DNA of 64,000 nucleotides from Deltaproteobacteria bacterium (GTDB taxonomy: Bacteria; Myxococcota_A; Polyangia; Fen-1088). Where the stretch lies: contig JANRKS010000017.1 of NCBI GenBank assembly GCA_033763315.1, positions 32,001 to 96,000 on the forward strand, in the 5' to 3' direction. Under the pieces are notes generated by a model that was not told where the DNA came from, ran no database searches, and saw nothing but the letters and a program-made list of their open reading frames with translations. Numbering within the stretch: the stretch's first letter is position 1; each line of letters opens with the position of its first letter. The translations under genes were made by a program, and so were the position numbers. Positions 18,736 through 27,965 of the stretch are shown here, in pieces.

Positions 18736-20278
18736 ATCGTGCGAGCCGCACAGGGCGGCTGGCGAATACCAGCGCGCAGCCAATGAACGCCAGCAGGATC
18801 GAAGCGCCGATGCCGCTGGCCGCGGCTGACACCGACCCTCGCGTGGCGGCCAATACGTCCGCCCAGTGCGTGGCCACCAAAGCGCCGCCCACAACGCCTA
18901 TCAAGGTGAGTCCCGCGCCGCCCACGAAGAGACCTGCGTGTGCTTGCGTGCGCAGGCCGTTGTCTAAATTGGCAGGCGTCATCGCCTTTCCTGAAAGCAA
19001 GCGAATGGCTGCCCACGCCAGGGGGTGCATCACCCCCGCGGCAATGAACAGCGGCACATAGCTGCCCAGCCACTGCAGCATGCCCCCCGCGACCAACGTC
19101 ATGATGAGGCCCCCAATCGCTCCGCTCATGCTGGCGAAGCCAACCACCGAGCCCACAGCGCGCTCAGGGAACATATCGGTGGCGATCGTGAATAGGTTGG
19201 CTGACCAAGCCTGGTGGCAACACGTGGCCAAGCTGATAAACGCCAACGACAAGTACACGTTGCCTGCCTTCACCGAGAAGATCGACAGCGGCAACGCCAT
19301 CGCCACCAAACCCATCGTGAGCAAGCGTGCTTTGCCCACAGGCATGCCGCTTTTGATGAGGCGGCTTGAAAACCATCCGCCCGCGATGCTGCCGACGTCG
19401 GCCATGATGTAAGGCCACGTGATGAGCAGCGCGAATTTGTCAGCCGTCAAAGCGTGTTGGCTGCTTAGATAGGGCGGCAACCAATAAAGATAAAACCACC
19501 ACACGGGATCGGTGAACAGCTTGCCCACAAACACCGCCCAAGCTTGGCGGTAGCGAAGCAGCACCGGCCACGGGATGTGTTGCTTTGGAACCGCGGCAGG
19601 GCGGTCGAGCGCGATGTATTCGCGTTCGGCGTCGGACAGCCGGTTGTGTTCCCCTGGCGCGCGGTAAAATGCGAGCCACAGCCCCAACCACAGCAAGCCG
19701 CACGCGCCGATCAGCAAAAACGCGGCCCGCCATCCAGCAAAGGCGGCCAACAGCGCCACGGGACCGATCATCATCGCGCCCACGTTCGTGCCCGTGTTGA
19801 AGATGCCGGTGGCAAAGGCGCGCTCCTTTTTCGGAAACCATTCGGCCACGGCTTTCACGCATGCGGGGAAGTTCGCCGCCTCGCCGATGCCCAGCACGAA
19901 GCGCGCGATCGCGAAACCTAAGGCGGTGGTGGCGAGCGAATGACCCATGGCCGCGAAGCTCCACACCACCACAGCCCAGATCATCACTGTGCGCACGCCG
20001 AAGCGATCCAGCAGGCGTCCGGCGATGGGAAACATGATGGCGTAGGCCAACTGAAAGGCGAAGTTCAACCAGCCGTAACCCGCTTCATCCCAGCCAATCT
20101 CACGCTGTAGGATCGGCTTCAGCGACGCCACCGTGATGCGGTCCACGTAGTTCACCGTCGTGGCCAGGAACAGGATCGCCACGATGTACCAGCGCAGCCC
20201 CCGAATGGTTTTGCGCGCAGAAGGGGGCCGATCGGAAGGCATGGTTTGCAACCTAGGTGAAGGGAAGGCGGTGCTCAC
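18734..20278 (-). CDS. exuT: MFS hexuronate transporter (ExuT-like)
   Basis: LRWYI..LF.AT.VNY.DR, GEAANFP, EWFPKKER..ATGIFN.G, DPVWWFY..WLP.YL, HQAWSANL. Confidence 0.88.
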   Translation of the reverse strand: MSTAFPSPRLQTMPSDRPPSARKTIRGLRWYIVAILFLATTVNYVDRITVASLKPILQREIGWDEAGYGWLNFAFQLAYAIMFPIAGRLLDRFGVRTVMIWAVVVWSFAAMGHSLATTALGFAIARFVLGIGEAANFPACVKAVAEWFPKKERAFATGIFNTGTNVGAMMIGPVALLAAFAGWRAAFLLIGACGLLWLGLWLAFYRAPGEHNRLSDAEREYIALDRPAAVPKQHIPWPVLLRYRQAWAVFVGKLFTDPVWWFYLYWLPPYLSSQHALTADKFALLITWPYIMADVGSIAGGWFSSRLIKSGMPVGKARLLTMGLVAMALPLSIFSVKAGNVYLSLAFISLATCCHQAWSANLFTIATDMFPERAVGSVVGFASMSGAIGGLIMTLVAGGMLQWLGSYVPLFIAAGVMHPLAWAAIRLLSGKAMTPANLDNGLRTQAHAGLFVGGAGLTLIGVVGGALVATHWADVLAATRGSVSAAASGIGASILLAFIGCALVFASRPVRLAR

Positions 20279-21297
20279 AAGCGAGCCACATCTACAGGGT
20301 GGCCAAGGCGGGCCGAAGAATACGCCGCTTCCACAAGTGCCAGCGCCGCGAAACCTTGGCTACCCTCAATCGGCGGTGGCCGTTGTGCGAGTGTGGCATC
20401 CACCACATCTTGCAATTGTGCGCGGTGGTACTCATGGCTGGCGAGAATGTTGGTTGCCACGCCCACCGAAGCAGGGGATGCCGGTGCCGGGGCCGGCACG
20501 CCTGGCACAGACCAATGAACCACCTCGGCGCCCGACAACCGCACGCTGCCGTGTTGGCCATAAATCGCCAAGGTGGCGGGAAAACCGGGCAGGATATTCG
20601 TGGAGGCCATCAACGTGGCTTTGGCGCCGCCTTGCAGTTGCGCCACCACCACGGCGAGATCCTCCGCCTCCATCGCATGCATTTGCGTGGCGCATTCGGC
20701 GTAGACCTTGGTGGCGGGGCCACACAGCCACAACAAGAGATCCACCGAATGGATCGCCTGGTTCATCAGTGCGCCCCCGTCTTCGGCCTCCGTGCCTCGC
20801 CACGGCGCCGAATCGTAATAGGCTTGCGGCCTGTGAAAGGGGCAGGACACCTCCGCGAACAGAAGGCGTCCAAGCGCTGGCATGGCTTGCTTGAGCGCCT
20901 GGTGCACGGGCTCATAACGCCGCTGAAAAATAACGGAGAGCGCGCGGCCCGTTTGGTGTGCGCAAGCGATCATGGCGCGTGCGTCGTCGGTGTGCAAAGC
21001 CATGGGTTTCTCGACGATCACGTTCTTGCCAGCCGCCATTGCTTCCATGGCGATGTTTGCATGTGAGCCGCTGCTGGTGGTGATGATCACTGTGTTGACG
21101 CGAGGATCAGTGAGGTGCTCCCGCCAGTTCGTTGTGGCTTCGCAGCCAAAATCGGCGGCAAAGCTTTGCGCACGTGCCACATCACGTGACGAGCCGGCGA
21201 TGAGGCGCGCCTCGGCCACCTCACCCAGCGCCGCGGCATGAACGCGCGCGATCGTGCCCGTGCCGATGATGGCAAAACCAATGGTCGCAGGCGTCAT
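20275..21297 (-). CDS. Gfo/Idh/MocA family oxidoreductase
   Basis: IIGTGTIA, VIVEKP, WRGT...DGGALMNQAIH.VD. GTGA overlap with exuT. Confidence 0.92.
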   Translation of the reverse strand: MTPATIGFAIIGTGTIARVHAAALGEVAEARLIAGSSRDVARAQSFAADFGCEATTNWREHLTDPRVNTVIITTSSGSHANIAMEAMAAGKNVIVEKPMALHTDDARAMIACAHQTGRALSVIFQRRYEPVHQALKQAMPALGRLLFAEVSCPFHRPQAYYDSAPWRGTEAEDGGALMNQAIHSVDLLLWLCGPATKVYAECATQMHAMEAEDLAVVVAQLQGGAKATLMASTNILPGFPATLAIYGQHGSVRLSGAEVVHWSVPGVPAPAPASPASVGVATNILASHEYHRAQLQDVVDATLAQRPPPIEGSQGFAALALVEAAYSSARLGHPVDVARL

Positions 21298-21318
21298 AAG
21301 GCGGGTCCCACGGCTGGC

Positions 21319-21347
21319 AATCTACGGGCAGATGTAAACGATTGCAA
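21319..21347 (-). promoter_or_regulatory. Sigma70 promoter overlapped by a LacI-type operator
   Basis: Minus strand TTGCAA-17 nt-TAGATT; quasi-palindrome TGTAAACGATTGCA at 21333-21346. Confidence 0.7.
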
Positions 21348-21383
21348 CAGCATGAAACGCCTATGTAAAGATGGCCGTAACGC

Positions 21384-22328
21384 TCAGATGGAAGCGGTCC
21401 GTTCGTGTGCCACCTGCCGCAGTGGCACGAAACGGGCGCCCACCGCTGCGCACTCGGCAAGTGAACGTTCCAGCGCCGCGCATTTGCGCGCCAAGCTGAC
21501 CCGCAGGTCGGGCTGTTTTGCGACCAGTTTTGGATCAACCCCGTCTTGGTCAGCGTCGCACAGATCAATGCCGTGCATTTCCAGGTTAAACACATCGCCG
21601 CCGAGCGCCGCCTTCACAAGCCTGCGACGCACAAACTCCGGCAGCGTGATCAATGCGGTGCCAATGACAGGCAAGCGCAACCAAGGGGTCACGCTCACCG
21701 GCAGCTCAAGCAGGGGCGCGTGCCCGCGCGCATAAGGATTCGCCACGCTCGGCCGGTATATCTGCGTGGGAGCGGCCAGCACCCGTGGGCTGCCGAGAAT
21801 GCTGCCCGACGTGCGACCCAACACCTTCATTGCGCCCATCACCGCGGCCTTCGCGGCGTAATAAGGAATCGACGGGAACACCGACGAATCGTAAGCGTAT
21901 CCGCGTTCAGCCAACAGCTCTATCACCGCGGCGTTCACTTCGTAGCCAGGCGCCCGAAAACCAAGCGGGCTGCTGCCCGTGGCCGTGCCAAGCGCGTCGT
22001 GCGCGCGATCCAGCTCGTTCGCGATTTGTTCACGCGGCAGTCTCACCAAATTGTAAGGGTGGGTGTGGCTGTGGCTGGCCACCTCGTGGCCTTGATTCAC
22101 CAACGCAGCCAAGATGGCGGCGCCTTCCGCGTCGGTTCGCACATCTTGGCCCACGGTGAAGAACGTGGCCTTTACACCGAACTTCGCGAACAGCTCGCCG
22201 AATCGAGGCAGGGCTTGCCGCAAGATCGCCACCCGTGCGGCGTCTGAAACGCCCACATTCAGCGCATGAATGCGGTGGTAACACTCAAGCGCGTCCAAAT
22301 CGACCGAAGCACAAACAGTGACAGGCAC
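21384..22328 (-). CDS. Polysaccharide deacetylase (NodB/CE4 family)
   Basis: SVDLD, KATFF, GHEVASHSHTH, GFRAPG, YDSS. Start placed at GTG 22328. Confidence 0.88.
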   Translation of the reverse strand: MPVTVCASVDLDALECYHRIHALNVGVSDAARVAILRQALPRFGELFAKFGVKATFFTVGQDVRTDAEGAAILAALVNQGHEVASHSHTHPYNLVRLPREQIANELDRAHDALGTATGSSPLGFRAPGYEVNAAVIELLAERGYAYDSSVFPSIPYYAAKAAVMGAMKVLGRTSGSILGSPRVLAAPTQIYRPSVANPYARGHAPLLELPVSVTPWLRLPVIGTALITLPEFVRRRLVKAALGGDVFNLEMHGIDLCDADQDGVDPKLVAKQPDLRVSLARKCAALERSLAECAAVGARFVPLRQVAHERTASI

Positions 22329-22371
22329 GCGGGCATGGTAGCAAACGTTGGCGCGGGTTAATCTGGGGGCC

Positions 22372-24210
22372 ATGCCAAAATCCGCTGTCGCCCCGGTGGC
22401 CTATACGGTGGCGCTGTCCGCGCCGAACCGCCACGAGTTGACCGTCACTATGGATGTGCCCGCGCTGGATCAATCGGTGGCCGAGCTTGTGTTTCCCGTG
22501 TGGACGCCGGGCAGCTACATGATTCGCGACTTTTCTCGCAACGTTTTCGACATTGAGGTGACCAACGCCAAGGGCCAAGCGTTGCCCCTGCAGCGGCTTG
22601 CCAAACACCGGTGGCAAGTGGCCATGCAAGGCCAGCCCTTCCGCGTGAAGCACACCGTGTTTGCCTATGACCCGGGGGTCCGCGCGGCGTACCTTGACGT
22701 CGATCGCGCTGTGCTCAACGGCACAAGCTTGTTCTTCTTCGTGCAAGGGCATGTTGAACGTGCTTGCACTTTGCAAATTGAGGCGCCCAAAGGCTGGAAC
22801 ACATCGGTGGCTTTGCCTGGTCGTGGGGGCCGCTACCTCGCAACCTCTTACGACGAGTTGGTGGATTCACCGTGCGCCGTGGGCACCCACCAACGCATTC
22901 GCTTCAAGGAAGGTGGAGTGCCTTTTGAGGTGGCTTGGCTTGGCCCCAGCAACGCCGACATGACCAGGGTGATGGCAGGGATCAAGAAGATCGTGCGCAC
23001 CACAGGAGCCATGTTTGGTGGCTTTCCCTTCGAGCGCTACGTGTTTTTGGTGCAGACGCAGCCTCGCCGTGGTGGCGGCCTTGAACACGCCGCTTCGTGT
23101 ACGCTCAACGTCGACGCTATGGGGTTTGCCTCGGAGGCGGGCTACCAAAGCTTCTTCGAGTTGGTGGCGCACGAATTCTTCCATGCGTGGAACGTAAAGC
23201 GGATTCGTGACGTGGTGCTGGGCCCCTTCGATTACGGCCAAGAGAACTACACACGCTTGTTGTGGTTCCACGAAGGGTTCACTGATTACATGGAAACGCA
23301 GGTGATTCTGCGTGCCGGTTTGTTGTCGGTGGATAAGTTCCTTGAAGACACGGCCAAGCAGTGGCGCACCTATGTCAACAAGCCAGGTCGCAACCGAACC
23401 CCACTTTCAGAATTATCGTTTGAGGCTTGGATCAAGCAATACAAGCCCAACGAAGTTTTCACGAACCGCGCCATCAGTTACTACGAAAAGGGGCGATGGG
23501 CAGCTTTCGTACTGGATTTGATGATGCGTGAACGCACGAATGGCCGTCGCGGCATGCCCGATTTGTTTGCGTGGCTGTGGCACGAGAAAGCAAAACACGG
23601 CGTTTCGATCACCGACGCTGACATTCGCAAAGCCGCAGACGTGGCAGGGCAGGGGAATTACGCCGGCTTCTTTGACAAGTACATTGAAGGCAACGAAGAG
23701 CTGCCCTTCCTTACGCTTGTCCAAAAGGTTGGCGTGGCCGTTGAAGCGAAAGACGCTGCCAAAGCTGAATCCTCAGACACGCTGGCGCAAACGCGCAAGC
23801 TTGCTTGGATGGGCGTGACGATGCGCAACCAAGCGGCTGACGCCCCCGCGATCATCAGCAACATCGTGCCCGATTCGCCTGCAGAAGTGGCGGGACTCAG
23901 CTTCGGCGATCAAATCGTGGCGGTGCAAAACCACAAGGTCGACGCCTCCACGTTCTTCGAGCGCGTGGCCGATCACCAGCCGGGTGAGACGGTGATGGTC
24001 ACGTACTTTCGCGACGAATGGCTGCGACAGGCGCAGGTGCGTTTGGGCCGCAACCCTGATCGCACCTTCAAGCTTACGGTTGATGCGAAATCGCCCCTGA
24101 AAGTGCGCCGTGTGTTGGAGGCATGGGTGGGCGCGAAGGTGGAAGCTAAAGCCGCCCGGGCCGCAGCTCCACGTCGAAGGTCAACTGGTTCACGCCTTCG
24201 TCGTAAATGA
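22372..24210 (+). CDS. M61 family glycyl aminopeptidase with PDZ domain
   Basis: PVWTPGSY, GGLEH, AHEFFHAWNVKR, LWFHEGFTDY, ISYYEKG, PDZ SPAEVAGL..GD. Confidence 0.93.
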   Translation: MPKSAVAPVAYTVALSAPNRHELTVTMDVPALDQSVAELVFPVWTPGSYMIRDFSRNVFDIEVTNAKGQALPLQRLAKHRWQVAMQGQPFRVKHTVFAYDPGVRAAYLDVDRAVLNGTSLFFFVQGHVERACTLQIEAPKGWNTSVALPGRGGRYLATSYDELVDSPCAVGTHQRIRFKEGGVPFEVAWLGPSNADMTRVMAGIKKIVRTTGAMFGGFPFERYVFLVQTQPRRGGGLEHAASCTLNVDAMGFASEAGYQSFFELVAHEFFHAWNVKRIRDVVLGPFDYGQENYTRLLWFHEGFTDYMETQVILRAGLLSVDKFLEDTAKQWRTYVNKPGRNRTPLSELSFEAWIKQYKPNEVFTNRAISYYEKGRWAAFVLDLMMRERTNGRRGMPDLFAWLWHEKAKHGVSITDADIRKAADVAGQGNYAGFFDKYIEGNEELPFLTLVQKVGVAVEAKDAAKAESSDTLAQTRKLAWMGVTMRNQAADAPAIISNIVPDSPAEVAGLSFGDQIVAVQNHKVDASTFFERVADHQPGETVMVTYFRDEWLRQAQVRLGRNPDRTFKLTVDAKSPLKVRRVLEAWVGAKVEAKAARAAAPRRRSTGSRLRRK

Positions 24211-25426
24211 TGCGACGGAAGCTAGCGCCCGCTTTAAAAACGCCAAAGTCATATCGCCCGTCAAAATGGAACTGGCCGGCGTTTGACGTTAAGTCAGGCC
24301 AGGAGCCGGCAGGCGTGCCGTCTTCTTGACCCATGATGCGGTAAAACCCAAGGCCCCCACCAAGGGTCAAGTGATCGCTTGTGGACCACACACCGGAAAG
24401 ATCGAGCGTGGCCATCGATGGATGAAAGCCACAGTTGTTGCTGGCCAGGTTCTGCCGCAAATGCCCGTAAGCGAGCACCGTGATCGTCTGTGTCACCGGC
24501 ACTGTCGTGAGCAATTCTGGCGACACGTAAGAAGCGCTGCCACTCGAAGCGTTGCACAGACTTGGATCGCCGATGCGTTCGAGCCGCACGCCCATCTTCA
24601 CAAAGTTCCAGTCTTTGCCGGCGCCGCCAAAAAATTCGCCATGGCTGCCCAAAGCACCACCTTCGATCAACCAGCGGCTCTTCGTTGTCACCTTGGCGTA
24701 AAACGCGCTCCAGCGAAACGCAGGGTTCACAGCGAACAGCGGCAAGTTGAAATACCCGACTTCGTAATCTGTACCGTTGTGGGTCGCCTTCCCGAAGAAA
24801 TGATAATTCAAAACGGTCTTGCCGCTCACGCCTCGCTGCGTGCCGAGCATGAACACGCTGCCCACAACCGGATCAACCGTGCGTACCCAGCTTGTTTGAG
24901 AAGGTTCTTTTTCGCTGTCGCCTGGCTCGCTGTCGGGCGCAAGAGGGCGAAAGGTGTTGTCGTCCGCGGCTTTGTTCGTCGCAGGTGGCGTGGGCGCCGG
25001 CTCTGGCGTTGGCGTTGGGATTGGCGTTGTGGGAGCGGGTGGCTGCGCTCGTTGGCGTTCAAGATCGCGGATGTGCTCTTGGGCAACGCGACGGTTCGGC
25101 GCCGCGGCGTCCACCGTGCGCAAGTAGCCTTTGTATGCGGCCAACGCCTTGTCCGGTTGATTCGCCAACCGCCATGACTGCGCCACGTTGAACAGCAACG
25201 CGGGATCTTGCACCCAGCGGTATGCGCGCTCGTAACACGCGGCGGCTTCCTCGAAGTGGCCCAGGTTGTAGGCCACGTGGCCCTTTTGCACCTGGTGCTT
25301 GGCCTTTTCTTTGGGGCCCGCGGCGGCCACGCCCACCCACGCGGTGAACACAACAGCTGCAAGCAAGGCCACACCGTTTGCACGTCGCACGCTTTCGATT
25401 GTAGGCCTGGCGCGAAATCGCCGCAA
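24146..25426 (-). CDS. Secreted TPR protein with Pro-rich linker and beta-rich C-terminal domain
   Basis: Signal-like segment, YNLGHFEEA..YERAY....PALLFNVAQ TPR, PTPTPEP linker, alternating aromatic beta-strands. Start uncertain. Confidence 0.7.
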   Translation of the reverse strand: MRRFRARPTIESVRRANGVALLAAVVFTAWVGVAAAGPKEKAKHQVQKGHVAYNLGHFEEAAACYERAYRWVQDPALLFNVAQSWRLANQPDKALAAYKGYLRTVDAAAPNRRVAQEHIRDLERQRAQPPAPTTPIPTPTPEPAPTPPATNKAADDNTFRPLAPDSEPGDSEKEPSQTSWVRTVDPVVGSVFMLGTQRGVSGKTVLNYHFFGKATHNGTDYEVGYFNLPLFAVNPAFRWSAFYAKVTTKSRWLIEGGALGSHGEFFGGAGKDWNFVKMGVRLERIGDPSLCNASSGSASYVSPELLTTVPVTQTITVLAYGHLRQNLASNNCGFHPSMATLDLSGVWSTSDHLTLGGGLGFYRIMGQEDGTPAGSWPDLTSNAGQFHFDGRYDFGVFKAGASFRRIIYDEGVNQLTFDVELRPGRL

Positions 25427-25464
25427 ACCGCGCGACGTTTTGCGGCGGTGCTAAACTAAGTCTC

Positions 25465-26652
25465 ATGGCGGCGGTTCAACCAGTGACGCTGAAGCGGGCG
25501 ATCATTCTCGTGGCGGATGGCGTGGGATGTGGTGAAGCTCCCGACGCTTCCGCCTATGGCGATCAGGGCGCCAACACGCTTGGCAATTTGGCGAAGGCCT
25601 TGGGCGGCCTGCACTTGCCCACGCTTGAACGCTTGGGTTTGGGCAACACCACCAACATCCTTGGCGTGGCACCCGTGGCTGACGCGCAGGCCCTGCATGG
25701 TCAACTCATCGAAGCGTCCCAGGGGAAAGACACAATCACGGGCCATTGGGAAATGGCTGGCATCATCACGCGCAAGGCGATGCCCACATACCCCAAGGGT
25801 TTCCCGCGCGAGATCCTCGACCCGTTGATCGCCGCCAGCGGGCGCGGGGTGCTTGGCAACAAAACAGCCTCGGGCACAGCGATCTTGGACGAGCTCGGCG
25901 TAGAGCACATGCGCGCAGGCGCGCTGATTGTCTACACCTCCGCGGATTCTGTTCTGCAGATCGCTGCGCATGAATCGGTGGTGCCGCTGCCAGAGCTTTA
26001 CCGCATTTGCGAAGCGGCCCGAAAGATCGCCGACGAACATGGCATTGGTCGCGTGATTGCGCGGCCGTTTGTTGGCCAGCCGGGCGCTTGGCAGCGCACC
26101 TACAACCGCAAGGACTGGCCGCTGCTGCCACCGTCCACCACGCTGCTCGATCACGTAAAGGCCGCGGGCCTGCCCGTGGTGGGCGTGGGCAAGATCCACG
26201 ACATCTTCGCGGGCCAAGGGCTCACAGAATCAATTCACACCGAAGGCAACGTTGATGGGATGGAGCAGACGCTCACGGTGATGAAGCAAGTCAAGCAGGG
26301 GCTCGTGTTTGTAAACCTTGTGGACTTCGATATGTTGTATGGGCACCGTAACGACTGCACAGGCTTTCAGAGCGCTCTGGAAACTTTCGATCGTTGGCTG
26401 GCAAGGTTTCTCGCGCTGCTGCAGCCTGGCGATTTGGCGTTCATCACTGCGGATCATGGCAACGATCCCACGTTTCCGGGCACCGATCACACCCGCGAGC
26501 GCGTGCCACTTTTGGCATTCGGACCCCAATGGCGCACGGGCGATTTGGGCAACCGCTCCTCCTTTGCAGATCTAGGCCAAACCATCGTTTCTGGTTTGGG
26601 CGCGGAACCTCTTGCGAATGGCCGGTCATTTCTGGATATGATGGTGAGGTGA
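25465..26652 (+). CDS. deoB: Phosphopentomutase
   Basis: DGVGCG, GKDTITGHWE, YTSADSV.QIAAHE, DFDMLYGHRND, TADHGNDP, DHTRE. Confidence 0.96.
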   Translation: MAAVQPVTLKRAIILVADGVGCGEAPDASAYGDQGANTLGNLAKALGGLHLPTLERLGLGNTTNILGVAPVADAQALHGQLIEASQGKDTITGHWEMAGIITRKAMPTYPKGFPREILDPLIAASGRGVLGNKTASGTAILDELGVEHMRAGALIVYTSADSVLQIAAHESVVPLPELYRICEAARKIADEHGIGRVIARPFVGQPGAWQRTYNRKDWPLLPPSTTLLDHVKAAGLPVVGVGKIHDIFAGQGLTESIHTEGNVDGMEQTLTVMKQVKQGLVFVNLVDFDMLYGHRNDCTGFQSALETFDRWLARFLALLQPGDLAFITADHGNDPTFPGTDHTRERVPLLAFGPQWRTGDLGNRSSFADLGQTIVSGLGAEPLANGRSFLDMMVR

Positions 26653-27965
26653 AATCACCTCGGCCCGTGCCGCGCTGGATCGCCACCAAACGTGACGGTT
26701 TACCGCTTGACCCTGCTGTCATAGATGACTTTATCGCGGGGGCGGCCGATGGCTCCATCCCCGATTATCAAGTGGCCGCTATGTTGATGGCGGTCGTGTT
26801 CCGCGGCCTTGACGAAGCGGAACTCGTGCGGTGGACGCGCGCGATGATCGCCTCGGGCGACACCATGTCACTCAAAGCTGTGCCTGGTGTGAAAGTTGAT
26901 AAGCACTCAACCGGTGGTGTGGGCGATAAGCTTTCGTTGTGCTTGGCTCCCGCGGTGGCCGCGTGCGGTGTAAAGGTACCGATGCTCGCCGGCCGGGCGC
27001 TTGGCCACACAGGTGGCACGCTGGATAAGTTGGAAGCCATCACTGGTTTTCGCGTTTCCTTGTCCTCGCGTGAATTCGTCAAGGTGTTGGGCAAAGCAGG
27101 CTGGGTGATCGCAGGGCAAACGCCAAAGCTGGTGCCGGCCGATCGCGTTCTCTATGCGCTTCGTGACGCCACTGCCACCGTCGAATCGATCCCGCTGATT
27201 GCGTCTTCAATCCTGTCGAAGAAAATCGCAGGTGGAGCCGATGCGCTGTTGATGGATGTGAAAGTGGGGCGCGGCGCTTTCTTGCCTTCGCTCAAGCAAG
27301 GCAAGGAGCTGGCGCAAACCATTGTGCGCTTGGGCAAGGCCGCGGGCCTCAAAACGATCGCCACGCTTACGAACATGGACGAGCCCCTGGGCCGCAAGAT
27401 CGGCAACGCCACGGAAGTGGTGGAATCAATCGAAGTTCTGCAAGGCGGGGGGCCACCCGATGTGCGTTCGTTGACCGTTAGATTGGGCGCGGAGATGTTG
27501 GTCTTGGCCGGCGCCCACAAGAGTGCCAAAGAGGCCGGCGCCGCCATCGAGACGGTGTTGAACAACGGTGATGCGTTCAAGCTGTTTCGCCAAGCGGTGC
27601 AGCTACAAGGCGGCGATGTGCGTCTGGTGGATGAACCGAAGCGGCTGGCGCGTGCCAAAAAATCGTGGATCTTCGAGGCACCGCGTGCAGGCGTCCTCGA
27701 TACGGTGGATGCCAAGCATATGGGCATCGCCGCCACTGTTTTGGGTGCCGGGCGTTCACGCAAGGAAGACAAAGTGGATCCCGGCGTTGGCATCACTTTG
27801 CACGAACGAGGCGGCGTTCACGTGGAACGAGGACAACCTTTGTGCACTGTCTGGTACAATGAGCCTCGCCGTCTGCAAGCGGCGCAGGCCGAGTTGGCGC
27901 AGGCCTTCGTGGTTGGCACCAAACGGCCCCCTGTTCGTCCCCTAGTGCGAGGAACCATCTCTTGA
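26649..27965 (+). CDS. deoA: Thymidine / pyrimidine-nucleoside phosphorylase
   Basis: DKHSTGGVGDK, GR.LGHTGGTLDKLE, LYALRD.TATV, SILSKK. GTG 26649 overlaps the deoB stop. Confidence 0.95.
   Translation: MKSPRPVPRWIATKRDGLPLDPAVIDDFIAGAADGSIPDYQVAAMLMAVVFRGLDEAELVRWTRAMIASGDTMSLKAVPGVKVDKHSTGGVGDKLSLCLAPAVAACGVKVPMLAGRALGHTGGTLDKLEAITGFRVSLSSREFVKVLGKAGWVIAGQTPKLVPADRVLYALRDATATVESIPLIASSILSKKIAGGADALLMDVKVGRGAFLPSLKQGKELAQTIVRLGKAAGLKTIATLTNMDEPLGRKIGNATEVVESIEVLQGGGPPDVRSLTVRLGAEMLVLAGAHKSAKEAGAAIETVLNNGDAFKLFRQAVQLQGGDVRLVDEPKRLARAKKSWIFEAPRAGVLDTVDAKHMGIAATVLGAGRSRKEDKVDPGVGITLHERGGVHVERGQPLCTVWYNEPRRLQAAQAELAQAFVVGTKRPPVRPLVRGTIS

Noticed and set aside
20250-20258. AACCTAGGT, the core of the MarR palindrome, near the exuT start
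   Set aside because: Only the 8-bp core is palindromic, the TTA/TAA flanks are missing, and it may lie in coding sequence; likely chance.
26394-26648. Apparent N-terminal extensions in the ORF track (deoA; also pmbA, leuD, ArnT, IPT lipoprotein)
   Set aside because: They overlap upstream genes or promoters; downstream starts with stop/start coupling or an SD fit better.
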